Assembly: GCF_006345805.1 (NCBI RefSeq)
Contig: NC_042998.1
Coordinates: 124,124,001 to 124,188,000, forward strand
Direction: 5' to 3'
DNA length: 64,000 nt
Source of the DNA: Octopus sinensis
Taxonomy: Eukaryota
The first letter of the stretch is position 1. Each line of letters opens with the position of its first letter. Of this stretch, positions 40,467 through 53,603 are shown piece after piece. The notes below the pieces were generated by a model. The model did not search any database. It was not told the DNA's origin and saw only the letters and a program-made list of their open reading frames with translations. The position numbers and the translations under genes are program-made.

Positions 40467-42019
40467 TATATATATATATATGCGTGTGTGCAAGTACGCA
40501 TTTATGCATGTGTGTATGTACGTATATGTGTGTACGGGTGTATGCATGTATCAGGTTGTATGAAAATGAGTACAGGAGTCTGTTTATGCATGATTCTGAC
40601 TAACTGTTCTATATAGTTTACCAATTGTACTCTAGATGAAAATTAATATCCGAAAATAATTAAATTATATATAAAAGCTAATAATTGCTAAGAGATATTG
40701 TAATTTCATTTCACACAACACTGCAGAAAAATATCGTTAGAAATTTGGAAATAGCAATCTATGGCGAAAAGTATATTTGGAATCATAAATTACCTTTTAA
40801 TTTTGCCAGATCTTTGTCTTGAATGAAATTATTTATCAACTGGTCAACATTGTTTACCGTAAGGAGGTATGCTCTAACGTATGCCATACAATATATACTA
40901 GTTATATAACATTTAGAATTTTTTCTTTTGCCTTTGAGCATATCTCGTTATTATCCCGTGTCTCTTTTACATTTGAAAGCAACCAGCATGTTCAGTGCCT
41001 TCTTATATAAATGGTAATTACATTTGGAGTGCAAAAACGAATTTAGAGAAACCCTATGATTAAACGAGTTTATAATGCTGTCACACGAATACAGTTTCCA
41101 TTCGCTTATGTAAGATGACGATGAAACCTAATTTACAAAGCAGCAAATATTTCAAGAAAAAGAAAAAGAGCTGTACATAAAATCCCTTAAATAGATAGTG
41201 AACCATTTTACGTTATACAACTTCAAAACAATTAATTGTCAGGCAATATATAATGGAAAATTGTCCATTATTGTTGGTGAGCAGATTTTATCTTTTACTT
41301 CAGGACACATGGGGATACAACAATTTATGTAGTGCTAGTTCTTAAATGATAAACTCGCTGTCTTATCTCATATCGTCCAGCTACGTTGAAGATAATTACA
41401 GCTGAACAAAGAGGCTGACTTGTGAAATTATATAACATCTTCCTTATTTTCTTGTACAGTCAGCGCTGCAGAATGTCAGTATAAGCTTCTTGCAAGTTGT
41501 ATCTAGGGTCTAATTTTGATTATTAATACCGCTGCGTTAAAAAAATGCTTCAGAACAAAGGCCTATTCTTATAAAAGAACGAAGGTCAGTACCTGTAGTT
41601 ATTCAAGTCTCTGTCAACCTGCGCAACGTTAATAATTTTAATGTCCATCTTAGTTTCAGTATTATCACCTTAAGTTAAGACTGCTCAGTGAGCAAGCTTT
41701 GGTGTTGGAAATTCATTATTTCATATCATGTGATACCGTGGGATATTAAAACCAAGATATATCGGAAGATAATAATTTACTATATGATACTGAAAGATAC
41801 GGAATATAGCATTATCGAATATCTGAATTAGTGCTGAAGCACATCTGCTTGAATCATTGCCAGTGTATACCTAGCATATATTTTTTGATATAGAACAAAG
41901 CTAAAGTCAAGTGTAAGATGTTCAGACCTGAACATTATGTATATATATTGTATATTGTCCTAATTAAGTTTTACCCCTCCACTATTTATCTCATTCTGAA
42001 CTGTATATATTTTTAATAA

Positions 42020-42230
42020 TCTTTTCTACAATAGGCAAAATGCCTGAAATTTAGGGGAGGAAAGTAGTCGATCATATCGACCCCAGTACTTGACTGGTAC
42101 TTAATTCATCGACCTCGAAAGGATGAAAGGCAAAGTCGGCCTTGGTGAACTTTAAACTCAGAACGTAAAAACGGACGAAATACCGCTAACCATTTTGCCC
42201 AGCGTAATAACTATTCTGCCAGCTCCCCAC
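42020..42230 (-). mobile_element. SINE family C
   Basis: Reverse complement of 20938-21146, including CCTTTCATCCTTTCGAGGTCGAT and GGGGTCGATATGATCGAC. Confidence 0.88.
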
Positions 42231-42934
42231 ATTTTATGTATGTTTTTTTTTAATAACGAAATGTGATTTGGAACATAATAATTTCAGTTCCATATTACAA
42301 TACATGAAGATAGGAAAAACAATGACCAAGAGCAATGATTTTCTAATTTTGAGATAGAAGTTTACTTTGACTAGTTTACGGCACTACGTTATGTGTATGT
42401 CCAAAAGTAACTACGTCTCAAAGATTCACTCAGAAATACTTGGCAAAGCGTATAACAATTCACCGATATAAGACGCATAATAGTAAAAGTTATGATTATT
42501 ATATTTATTTGTGGGTCTCAGTTTAACACTTGCTCTTGACCGCTTCAGAAATGAAAGTTAATTATTGTATTAGTAATTTCAAATCTCTCATTTTTCAATT
42601 CCAAACTTTTCTACAAAATATTGAATACTAAGTAAATATAAAGAAGAGACAGTACTAAATTATTCCTAAGATGAGTTGATTCTGAGTTCCAGCAGTTATC
42701 TCCGTCTTCCAGAAAATTCAAAACTACAAATATGAAGATTTTAATATTACAATAATAAAGATAATCTTATTTTCAATATATTCTTTTTTAAGGAAAGACT
42801 ACTTAGCGAAGAAACTTAGATTATGGAAATCTATGATTACTTAACCAAAAGATGTCGCAAGATAGTAAAACCAAAATATATCGGAAGTTAGCAACATACA
42901 ACAAGAAACCGAAAGTTACGAACTAGATAAAGCA

Positions 42935-43245
42935 GTCATTTTGCAGAATCGTTAGCGTGTCGAACAAAATGCTTAGCAGTATTTTCCCAGCTCCTTAGGA
43001 GCTCATATCCTTTTGCGGTGAACTTTTTCTTTCATGAATTGGGAGTCAATAATATGAAGTGTCTGTCGAGTACTTGGGTCATAAGATTGCTGGCCATGAG
43101 TCAAAATTAGGAAGAATAATTTTTAAAATGCTTTATATGTAATAATAATGATGACGCTTCCAAGATTTGGTACGAGCCCACCAATTTGAACTCTGGACGT
43201 ATATCCGGTGTGCTAACCATTCTGCCAACTTGCCACCTATTCGTA
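42935..43245. mobile_element. Decayed SINE family C fragments (+ at ~42.94-43.10 kb, - head at ~43.19-43.24 kb)
   Basis: GCAGAATCGTTAGC..GTCGAACAAAATGCTTAGC on +. GTGCTAACCATTCTGCCAACTTGCCACC on + is a reverse-complement head. Confidence 0.55.
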
Positions 43246-44944
43246 ATAATAACAGTAAATAATAATTTGCTATCATTATTAAATAATAAATATCATAATT
43301 GTTGCAATTTGTACCAGTATTGTTGCAATGTGAATCAGAAGTTTCTGCGGCCAAAATAGTTGTAATAACGATTTTTAACATAGAAAGGTTATACATTTGA
43401 GGGAACGTTTTACGCATAAAATCAACAAGATAAATGACATTTCATTCATACTTTTAGTGGCAAACAAAGTTCGTCCTAGGGAGTTGTAATAAGGGGAAAT
43501 GAGAAGTGACAAAATACAACATTTCATTATACTTTGTTGATTTTGCTTTCTTACTATGAGGAAAACCTAGAGCGCACGAAGATTACCGAATCTGTCAATT
43601 ATAGATACTGTACAGCAGATATTTCCCCTACTCGAAAGCATAAAAATTGTAGAGATATCCAGTATGATTAATTGAAAATAATGTAACAGTGAAATAGATA
43701 GGACTCTATTTGGATATCTATGAATAATGATTTTAGTAAAATGCAACCTAAGAACAACTGTTAAAGGTAGCATGAGAAGCAAAGAGAATAAATAAATAGA
43801 GCATGAAAAATGGAGAAAGAGCAGAATAAAGAGCCAGTAACAATTAAGAGAGAATATCACGCCCATACATATCCCCCTTTACTGGACATGAGTGAGTGCA
43901 TTATAACTTGGAGGCAGCAATATAAAAATTATTATATCTGGTTTGATATTTCAAATGAGACTAGACTAAAGATGTTTCCTGATTCTTTATACCATGATAA
44001 CGACATGATATTCTACAACTACATGCAACAGACATTGGTTTTCTACTAGACTAACATTTAAGAAAGGGAACAGTATATTGAAAATATAATGAATAATATT
44101 CAAACGTGTCAGAGGGACTAAAGATGGCATGTAATAATTTAGATATTGATATTGCTACTACTGTTTGTTCTTATTCAATACCAACCGAATACAGCAAGTC
44201 TCTAATCAAAATCATTCCAACGTAGCAGCAATCATTCATATTTTACAAACAGAGTATAAAGGTAATTTTGAAGAAAAAAAACGAAGATCGGCATTACTGA
44301 ACTCTTGCATCAGTGTTTATTGAGAAATTTCCAACGACGACATAGTAATGCCATTCTTATTTCCGAGATGAGGAATTTATATTATGTTCATTTTACTTCA
44401 GTCTGATACATGACCTCATCCTGAATTGCTTTCATTACGTTCCGGCTATTGTTTGTGCCAATCTTATAGAGGTGTTCATGGGCTAAATGATAAATTATAT
44501 TTCCGAATTGAAAGCTACGCCATATTTCGAAGCGATACATATAAATATCGACGCTGAAACTTCTTCAGCAAGAATCGTTTCCATATTCATGTTATTCAAT
44601 ATATGAACTTAGTACGGTTTCATATCAAGATGATAAATATATAAAAATGTGTAGTGTTTTTTGTTGGTCTTTCCCAAAGAAATCTCGCTGTTACTCGGGA
44701 CGTCATTGTTGTGTATATATTCTTGCTTCTTTAACCTTCATCAGTTGCTTTGTAGATCCGTGAGGTGAAACTTGGGTTTATAATTGAAGACGTTTCAAGT
44801 ATAAATAGCAAGAATAAGCCGGTGTAAAATATACATTCCTATTTCTCTATACACAATTCTTTCGATCAAAATCAGTCCTGAATATCTCAATAATCTTTTA
44901 AAAATCAAAGTGGAATCGTAAGATGTATTACGTGTCTATATAAT

Positions 44945-45324
44945 GAGTCGAGCTCTATAAATCTTGCAGGACGAGGTTCGTCTTCTAGGCTGTAGTTTTC
45001 AGCTTGAAATTTCAGGAACCACTGGCTTTACGCTTACTGTCCGATCCCCATATAGTGCATTTATATTCCACGCACTTTCCGTTGCTTTGTTGCCTTTATT
45101 GAACTCATAAATCAAAATATGTCTAATATGCTCCTTCCGTTATAGCTTTGGAAAATAACTGTTCAAATCGAACTGCACTCTTCAAAACTTGCACTAAGAA
45201 TAGGTAAAAAAGAGAAAATTACTACGTGCTTTTATAGCAAGTAGATGCATGTATTTTATCCCGTCTCTCTCCGATTTTTTGTTCATGCAATGGAAAAATC
45301 CGCATGATTTATGGAATGAACCAA
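44945..45324 (-). mobile_element. Mariner transposon 5' remnant (TIR plus N-terminal HTH)
   Basis: Minus strand TA|TTGGTTCATTCCATAAATC. Translation gives KEHIRHILIYEFNKGNKATESA.NINALYGD...WF.KF...NYSLEDEPRP. Confidence 0.85.
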
Positions 45325-45399
45325 TATATAATATATAACAAAAATACTTAGGACATCATCAGCGATCGAAGAATACGTTAACACACGTATATTTCTACA

Positions 45400-45793
45400 A
45401 ATTGTAGATGTATTGATGAATTATATATATATGTATATTTATTGATTTCTGTGTGTATGCATGTGTATATATACATGTTTGTATATGCGTACATATATAT
45501 GAGTGTGTGTATATATGCATATATATATGTGTGTGTATGTATGTACGTATATATATATATGTATATATATGTAGATATATGTATGTATATATATGTATAC
45601 ATATATGTATGTATATATATGTATACATATATGTATGTATATATATATATATATATATTATCATGCATAAATATACACACACACATATATATCATATATA
45701 TGTATGCATGTATGTATATATATATATATTATATATATATATATATTATTCATGCATAAATATATACACACATATATATTATATGTATGTATG

Positions 45794-45848
<55 letters not shown>

Positions 45849-45905
45849 TTTTTCATGCATAAATATATACGCACACATATATATTATATATATGTACGTT
45901 TGTAT
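45400..45905. repeat. Compound microsatellite with a ~95-bp higher-order triplication
   Basis: TCATGCATAAATATA(TA)CA.ACACATATATAT recurs near 45660, 45750 and 45853. Confidence 0.8.
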
Positions 45906-46277
45906 GTATACAGAATCAATAATCTCTCACCTGCTCTCCTTGTATCTCAGATTATATTTTATCGTCTAAGTTGATGTGTAATTAACTACGTGTAATGCTA
46001 TTGACGAGAAGGTAAACACCTTTGTAGAAAGCAGAAATTAAACACCAATCACAAAACGTGAGAAAGTAATATACAATAAATTTCATCAATTCTATATCTT
46101 GGAGGAAATCTGTTGTTAGACGATCTATCTATTTCAGCTTAATAATAAAGACAAAGATTAATCTAAGTGCTTTTCGTTTGAAAACATTTCTAATCTGTCC
46201 ATTGTTTCAAGAGAGAATATTATATGGTCATCTCTTGGTAGCGCCCCTAAGTATGTCTATATAATATATATATATAT

Positions 46278-47126
46278 TTTTTTTATTTGTTTCAGCTCAG
46301 AGCTGCGGCCATGCTGATGCACCGCCGTTTTGTGCTACACTAGTATTACGAAGAGCCTCCTCTGATATGTGACACTTGGTGAAGAATGGAGTTTGATATA
46401 GCTACTCTCATTTGCACCTCTTGCCGTGAGGTAGGTTCGTCTGGGACTCTCGACAGGAAGATGTCCAGCGTTAATTTAAAAACCGCTGCATCTACTTTTC
46501 CTCAGACTCTTTGGGAGAATATTAAAAAGCTGTGGGCCCTTGAAAAGCAGGCTGTTGCAGTAGCTGGTCCTGAAGCGTGATGGCATTGCTGGGATCTTTG
46601 GCACTATGCAGTGTCGTCCCGTTCTAGCATTGGCGTAGCTTACAATGCCAATATTTGGCACAATTCCTTCCAGGATCTTCCAGACATATATTACTGCATA
46701 CCTCTCCCGTCTTCTTTCCAGGGAGTAGAGTCTTAGCTGTTTCAACTTTTCCCAGTAGCTAAGCTGTTGCAAAGAGACGATCTTCTATGTGAATCTTCTC
46801 TGGATTGCTTCAAGGTTTGCTGTTAATCTTACACTGGTAGGTGACCATAGCTGTGAGCAGTAATCCAGGCGGCTGAGGACGAATGTCCGCCAGAGGACCA
46901 TTATGGTTTCCTTATCCCTGGTTCTGAATGTTCTTAGCATCGATCCAGCCAGTCGTCTGCACTTTGTCGCCATCCTGGTAATGTGCACTTGGAAAGAGGT
47001 ATCATCACTCATGTCGATACCCAGGTCCCTCACAAACTTAGGCTCTGGGATTGAAATTCCCTGTGGACCGGTGTATCCTGTAAGTTTAATATTCAGTTTT
47101 GGATGCTGGTAGCGCAGGGCCTGGAA
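46278..47126 (-). mobile_element. CR1-like LINE, 5'-truncated, with intact 3' end
   Basis: KFQALRY...VRDLGIDMSDD...LWRTFVLSRLDYCSQLWSP...LEAIQRRFT...LSYWEKLKQLRLYSLERRRER...PDEPT (frameshifted), a short 3' UTR and an A tail. Confidence 0.93.
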
Positions 47127-47129
47127 TTA

Positions 47130-47132
47130 TTC

Positions 47133-47188
<56 letters not shown>

Positions 47189-47192
47189 CTGT

Positions 47193-47234
<42 letters not shown>

Positions 47235-47251
47235 TATATATATACGTATAC

Positions 47252-47288
<37 letters not shown>

Positions 47289-47401
47289 TATATTTACATA
47301 TACATGTGTCTAAATGTGGCATATATATATATATATATATATATCTGTATATATATAGGATATATATAATATAATATATATATATATATAGGATATATAT
47401 A

Positions 47402-47452
<51 letters not shown>
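47130..47452. repeat. (TA)n-(TG)n-(TA)n microsatellite between two LINEs
   Basis: Read directly. Confidence 0.95.
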
Positions 47453-47453
<1 letters not shown>

Positions 47454-49343
47454 AGTTTCTTTACTGGTCACTCAGGGCTGCACACAGATGGAACAAGTTA
47501 CAAGGTAGACCTTTTCTTTTGGGGTATGAAAACAAAACGAAAAACAAAAGAAACAAAAAACAGGTGGCATAGGTTTTCGATCAAAAGGGATCGTATAAGG
47601 GGAAAAAAGAACAAAAAAAAAGAAAAAAAAAGAAAAAAAGGAAAAAAGGAAAAGGGAAATGAAAAAAAGAAGAAAAAAGGGAAAAAAACACAGTGTTATG
47701 ATGTATGGTGTAAAGTGGAAAGCAAGTAAGGTTTATCCGTGGGGAGAAAAGCCTACGAAAAAGACCACGGTAACCTTGGTCAATATTGTTATATGTTACC
47801 ACATTTGTTTGCAAGTGGGTAACCCTCTGTTTTTAATTTCTGGGTTCATAGGATTATGCTTAAGGTGGCTTCGTCATTCATACGTGCCATCCTTGCTACA
47901 TTCACCCAGCTTTTTTTAAAACATTCGCTAGACAAAACTTGCCTCTCTACTCTCACTTTCCTTTTCAAGTGGTACTTGAAGAAGTTGATGATAGATTGAC
48001 GAGAGAGGAAAATGTTTGTCTCCAATCCTTTCAGACGCGTCCACCAGATACATTCATTTGCCATAGCCACAAGGATGATTAAAATAGCTCTTTCTTCCCG
48101 TTTGAAGGAAGGAGGCGTGACGATATTGACGATAGACTCAGCTGATAAACCGACTCGTCCCACACGTGACAGCAGTTGTTCGACATAAGCCCACAGGTCG
48201 GAAATTGTTGGACACTGCACGAGTGCGTGCAGAACGGTTTCGTCGCTCTGACAGCATCTCGGGCAGGTCGGCCCCGTGTTTCTCGAGCCGTGTCTGTAGA
48301 GCTTATCCCGAACGGGTAGCGCTTCTCGGTAGCACTGCCAAGCCAGGGATCTCCGGTAGTTGTCCATGGGCCCTGGCCCGAAAGTCGTCCCGAACAGGCG
48401 GGTCAGGTACTCCTCGTCGACGTCCAGGTTCGCCCCGAGCTCCTCGTCGTACCTCCCCTCCACTAATCCGCTATAGAACGCTTTAGTTGTGATGAAGTCA
48501 CTCAAGGTCGACCCAGGACGGCAGAGTTGTTTGAGAGCAACGCGACACTCGCGGTGCCATTCGCCCTTCCTCGGCCTCTTTTTGATCCACGACTGCAGTT
48601 CGGTCATGGGGACGAGCTGCGGGAAAGCGTGCCTCACAAACGGCGACCACACCTGTTCACCGTCGTCTACGAAGAGCCTGAGATGTCGCAATCTCAGCGC
48701 GTGTCTGCGCATCATCAACCAGGGCATGCCCAGTCCTCCTTTTAACGGGTGTTGACAGCAAATGGCTCGCCTGACCATCGGGACGCATCCTTTCCACAAG
48801 AAGCGAAAGAGAATGCGTTCTAGTTTGGTGATGGTAGGGTCGGGACAAGGCACGACGGTCAGGCGGTAGTAGATGACGGACGCGATGTACGTGTTCGCCA
48901 CCTCCGCCCGACCTTTTAGGGACAGTTTCCTCTCGGACCATTGCCGGGAGAGAGTGACCACCCTACTCGTTATCTCGTTCCAGTTCTTCTCCACTTGGAG
49001 GTCCGGACCGAACCAGACCCCGAGCAACTCGACCGGGCCGTCGGTCCAGCATCCCACGACGGAGGCGCCGGTGGACGGCATGGGCTTGCTTCTCCAGGTG
49101 CCTAGTCGCAAGCCCACACACTTTTCCCGGTTGATTTTCGCTCCTGTCACCGCTTCGTAGTTTTTCAGTGTCTCGCCGACCTGCTCGATGTGCTCGTGAC
49201 TAGGCACTATGACGGTGACGTCGTCCGCGTATGCAGACACGCTCGTCTCGCATCCCAGTTCTCGCGGGATGCCCCTCAGAGTCGCCAGCTTCCGCAATAA
49301 TGGCTCGAGAGTCAATACGTATAGAAGCGACGAGAGGGGGCAG
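47453..49343 (-). mobile_element. Tx1/L1-clade non-LTR retrotransposon, 5'-truncated, young
   Basis: GC- and CpG-rich island. ORF2 frame open from the truncation to the stop. ~390-nt 3' UTR with a pyrimidine tract. (TA)n on both sides. Confidence 0.93.
47846..49343 (-). CDS. ORF2 C-terminal half: reverse transcriptase plus CCHC zinc knuckle (5'-truncated)
   Basis: CPLSSLLYVLTLEPL, AYADDVTV, GAKIN..K, GGLG, CPRC..SDETVLHALVQC. The listed start codon is not a true initiator; the frame runs to the truncation point. Confidence 0.93.
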
Positions 49344-50084
49344 ATATATATCTATATATATCTAATATAGGATAAATTTTCAAAAAAATTTTATCAGTGG
49401 CCAGCATATTTAGAAAATACCTTTTAAGGTGAAAATTATAAACAACTTATAAATAAGGTAACAGAAAATATTCTTATGCCAAATATGCCGAGAATTAGAT
49501 TTTAAATCGTCATATAACCACATATAATTCATCACTAAAATCATACGTGTCGAAGCACGCTGACAGAAATTTCTAAACAACTTCCGTTATCACCGTTATA
49601 TATATATATATATATATATATGTATACACATAAAGAGATTTAGATTTATTAATTAATGATAAAAGATTTTGGGGAAAATTCTGAAAGAAAATCGGCACTT
49701 GTATTTACTGCCGAATGAACCGCGCGTGCGTGTTGGATTTTGAAAAGTCAAAACATATAAACACGAGGCATGGTCTTTATCGCCTCATTAGCCTTGGCTT
49801 CCTGCTGAAGATGGCAACGCCAATTATAAATTAAAATCATTTTATTTTATTTACAAAAGATTGCCGAAACTATGTATAGTCCAGGAAAGATAGGGTAAAC
49901 GTTTTTATTTCTCATTCCCTTTCAGAATTACAACTATTAGTGGTTTGGAGTTTAACTGCTCTTTCTAGTGATTCAGATGTCCTATTATGGTCGTCTCTTA
50001 TGTGTTTAAAAGTACACTGTATTTACCTATGAATATATATATATATACATATATATATATATGTGTTTGTGTGTATGTGTATCT

Positions 50085-50295
50085 CTATGCTTTTGTCATT
50101 GTGTGGGAGTTTTCCTCCATCATAAATTGATAACCGGTGTTGGTTTGTTCATCTCCTCTTGGCTTAGTGAATCGGCAAATGTGGTCGGTAGAATATGTCA
50201 CCAGATTTATAAATAAGCATTAGGTTGATTTGTTCGACTAAATCTCTCAAGGCGGAACCCTGGCACGTCTTCAATCCAGTGACTAGAAAAGAAAA
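50085..50295 (+). mobile_element. Old decayed SINE family B 3' half
   Basis: TTGATAACCGGTGTTGGTTTGTT...CTTAGTGAATCGGCAAA...GATTTGTTCGACTAAA...AAGGCGG. Confidence 0.6.
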
Positions 50296-50336
50296 ACACA
50301 AGATAGTATAAAACATACGCACACATATATATGTAC

Positions 50337-51430
50337 TCAGGTCATCCCATAAGTTCTGTCCGAATTTTGAATAAAGAAATCAAGTGATCAAATATTATAT
50401 TCAATCGAAATTTAATCATCAATGTATTTTCCCTGATTATCTATGACTTCCTTCCATCTATTTGCAAGCTTTTTAATCTCATCATTGTAAAACTCTTTTG
50501 GTTTCAAAGCGAAGAACTCTGAAATGTCAGTTTCGACCTCCTCCTGGCTTGCGAAAGTTGTTCTCCACATGATTCTGTTATCTACGAAACAAATGATAGT
50601 CTGAAGTAGCAAAGTCTGGAAAATAAGGTGGATAAGGAATTTTTTCTCAACCAAGCTCTTCGATCTTCTGTGATGTGATCTTTGCAGTGTGGGATCAGGC
50701 ATTTTCCCTATGAAACTTCATTCCTTTTCGATTTAATAAAGCGGGTCTTTTTTTCTTCAAAGTTTGGTTAAAACGCTCTAATTGCTGACAGTAGACTTGA
50801 GCATTGATTGTTGCATTAGGTGGTAACAATTCAAAGTGAATTACTTCTTTGCAATCCCACCAGATAGAGAGAAGAACATTTTTCCATGAAGTTCCCTTCT
50901 CTGTAGTGGTTGAACTTTTTCCCTTTTACCAAGCCACTGTTTACGACGTTTAACATTTCGATAAAAGATCCATTTTTCGTCACCAGTGACAAGTCTATTC
51001 AAAAAGGGTGAAATGAGTTCACGAGAATGAAGGGAAGAGCAGATGTCAACTCGGGATTTGCAGTTGCTTTCGGACAATTCATGAGGCACCTAATTTCCAA
51101 GTTTAGGAACCTTTCTAAGTTGTTGAAGATGACGATGAACAGTTGTATGGTTTTAACCAAGCTTTACTGCCAATTCTTCAACTGATAATGCAGGATTTTC
51201 TTCAAGTAATGCTTCAAGGAGCTTATCATCAAACTCAACTTGACATCCTGTTCGATCTTCATGTTCAAGGCTGAAATCTCCACTTCTGAATTTTTCAAAC
51301 ATTTAATTAGTTTAAATATACAGAAATGCATAAAAATAAATTTGAATTACATTAGACATTCTAGAATACTATCAAATTTCATTCAATTTTAAAGTAGGTA
51401 AAATGGGACAGAACTTATGGGATAACCTGA
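50337..51430 (-). mobile_element. Mariner transposon, both TIRs, decayed and internally deleted transposase
   Basis: 25-bp TIRs TCAGGT(C/T)ATCCCATAAGTTCTGTCC at 50337-50361 and 51406-51430, with TA after the right TIR. Translation gives (W)MPHELS...LVTGDEKWIFY.N..R and FYNDEIKKLANRWKEVIDNQGKYI. Confidence 0.92.
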
Positions 51431-51432
51431 TA

Positions 51433-51515
<83 letters not shown>

Positions 51516-53384
51516 ATATATAAACATGTGTGTGTGTGTGAAAGATGGAAATCATTTTTTCTTATCTCCCTAGGATAACATGTTTCTGTACGGGGATGAT
51601 TTTGTGTTAAATTCCCAAATTCCTTCTGTTCTACAAACCACTTGTCTTCATTTAACGAGACTTGAAATAAGCTTTTGATTATGAATCATATGATATGAAT
51701 TCTTAATTAAAGGAACCGAAGAAAACTTCGTCATAGTTTTGCCAAATTTGTTTCATCTTTTACTTTTGTTAAGAACCTTGGTGGGTTTTTTTTTCTATTG
51801 TATGTGCAGATTTGTTGACTAACTTCACGTGTAGCTAATTGTTTGGCCATATAACCTCGTATCCTCTTTATTCCATGCATATTGCAGTATAACTAGTTCG
51901 GATCTGCAGGAAAAAAAATATTTTGAATAGATTACGTAATACAGTGTGACCCATTCAACAGGTTAAAAAGAGCAGATACCTGATTTTTTTTATACTTTTC
52001 CTGCAATTGATTGTACTCGTTTGCATGCGTATACTATTTCCATAAACGAAATAATCGTAATCGTCGATTGTAAAGTTTTAGCTTACCTTCAGCAAGATTG
52101 TATTCAGTGACATTGCTAAATTACATTGAATTTGTATATAAATTCAATGTTCCTAGATTGTTAGGATCATAGACACGGTGTACAAAGTTCCTTGTATTTG
52201 TTTTTGATTTTGCATTCAATTCCCCACCGATGTCAATTGACCATTTTATCTTCAGGGGTTGACATGTACTGAAGTTGGCTAACCCTCTCCTAAAATATGC
52301 TTGCCTTCTGCTTAAAGTAATATATTTTGTTGCTATTTTGGCGTCACTACAGTTCGGTTATTTGTGGCGACGCCAACAAAAATAAATATCTAAAATATCT
52401 ATAATCATTATAGGATTTCGATTAATATTGTTTCGCTATCATTTAGACGTTTTCATTAAAACAAGCGTAAATGTAACATTATTACTAACTGGAATTCTAC
52501 ATAACTTCGCATATCGGAATTAATTGTATAGAATGTAATGTTAAATGTCCATATGAAATCTCTTAATTTATTTAACATTGCATTATAAAGCTCCTTTTTC
52601 AATCAATTCTTTCAGACAATAGGTTCCGTTATAGCTGTTTCCCCCATCGAGAATATTCGTTTATCGACAGAGATATAAGCGCGACCTTTTGTGAAAATCA
52701 GCTTTGGTTACGTATGCACTTGAGACTAGTGCTTTAGAAACACTTAAGTTTCCCTCATCAGATAGCCGAACATTTCATTTGCTTTTTAAGATCTAATTAG
52801 TCAAAATAGTAATTGCCTATTTAAAACAACAAATTACTTTATTGCCATCACAATTACAGACGATAATTAATTTAAGCAATTGAATCACTGGGAAATATTG
52901 ATTGATCAAAAAGGGAAGTGAATGGAAAAAAAAAAAGAAAATACACTGCCAATCGAAATATAGTTGAATAGGAACAGAGGAGAGTGAACCAATTTAGTGT
53001 AAAAGCTGTTAGAAATCTTCGGAGACTAGTAGTAAAATACACTATAAACATTGGACAACTGGTTATGGTAATAAAAGAATAGCTGGCGGGGATAGCTAAA
53101 ACAGCAGAATATCAACTAAATTATTTATAGTCAATCGAAATCATTTTCTTGTTTCTGGGTTCAAATGCTATTGCCATAGATGTTTATGAACAACGGTGAG
53201 TATATTTATCGACTACAATATCTTAATATTCTGCTTTGTATACACTCGATACATACTCACACACATATACATACATATGAGAGAGGGGGAAGGAGAGAGG
53301 GGTTAATAGTCGACAAATTATACGTATTATTATATCAAAAACTTGTGAGTGTCGTCAAGTGCATAATAGTAGTTCACTAATATC

Positions 53385-53603
53385 ATTTCTTCTATAGGCA
53401 CAAGGCCTGATTTTTTTTTCGGTGGGTGCTGCTCGATTACATCAACTCCAGTGTTTCACAGGTACTTAATTTATCGAACCCAAAAAGGTAAAATCAAAGT
53501 CGACCGCGGTGGAATTTGAACTCAGAATGTAGCGTCGGGCGAAGTTCCGCTAAGTGTTTGTCTAGAATCCAGCGTACTAAAGATTCTGCCAGCTTGCCGC
53601 CTT
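53385..53603 (-). mobile_element. SINE family C (diverged)
   Basis: Reverse complement of the family C head and centre. Confidence 0.85.

Noticed and set aside
52087-52289. 203-nt minus-strand segment with ttttag acceptor and AAG|GTAAGC donor
   Set aside because: Stops in all three frames. It could only be a non-coding exon, which cannot be supported without RNA data.
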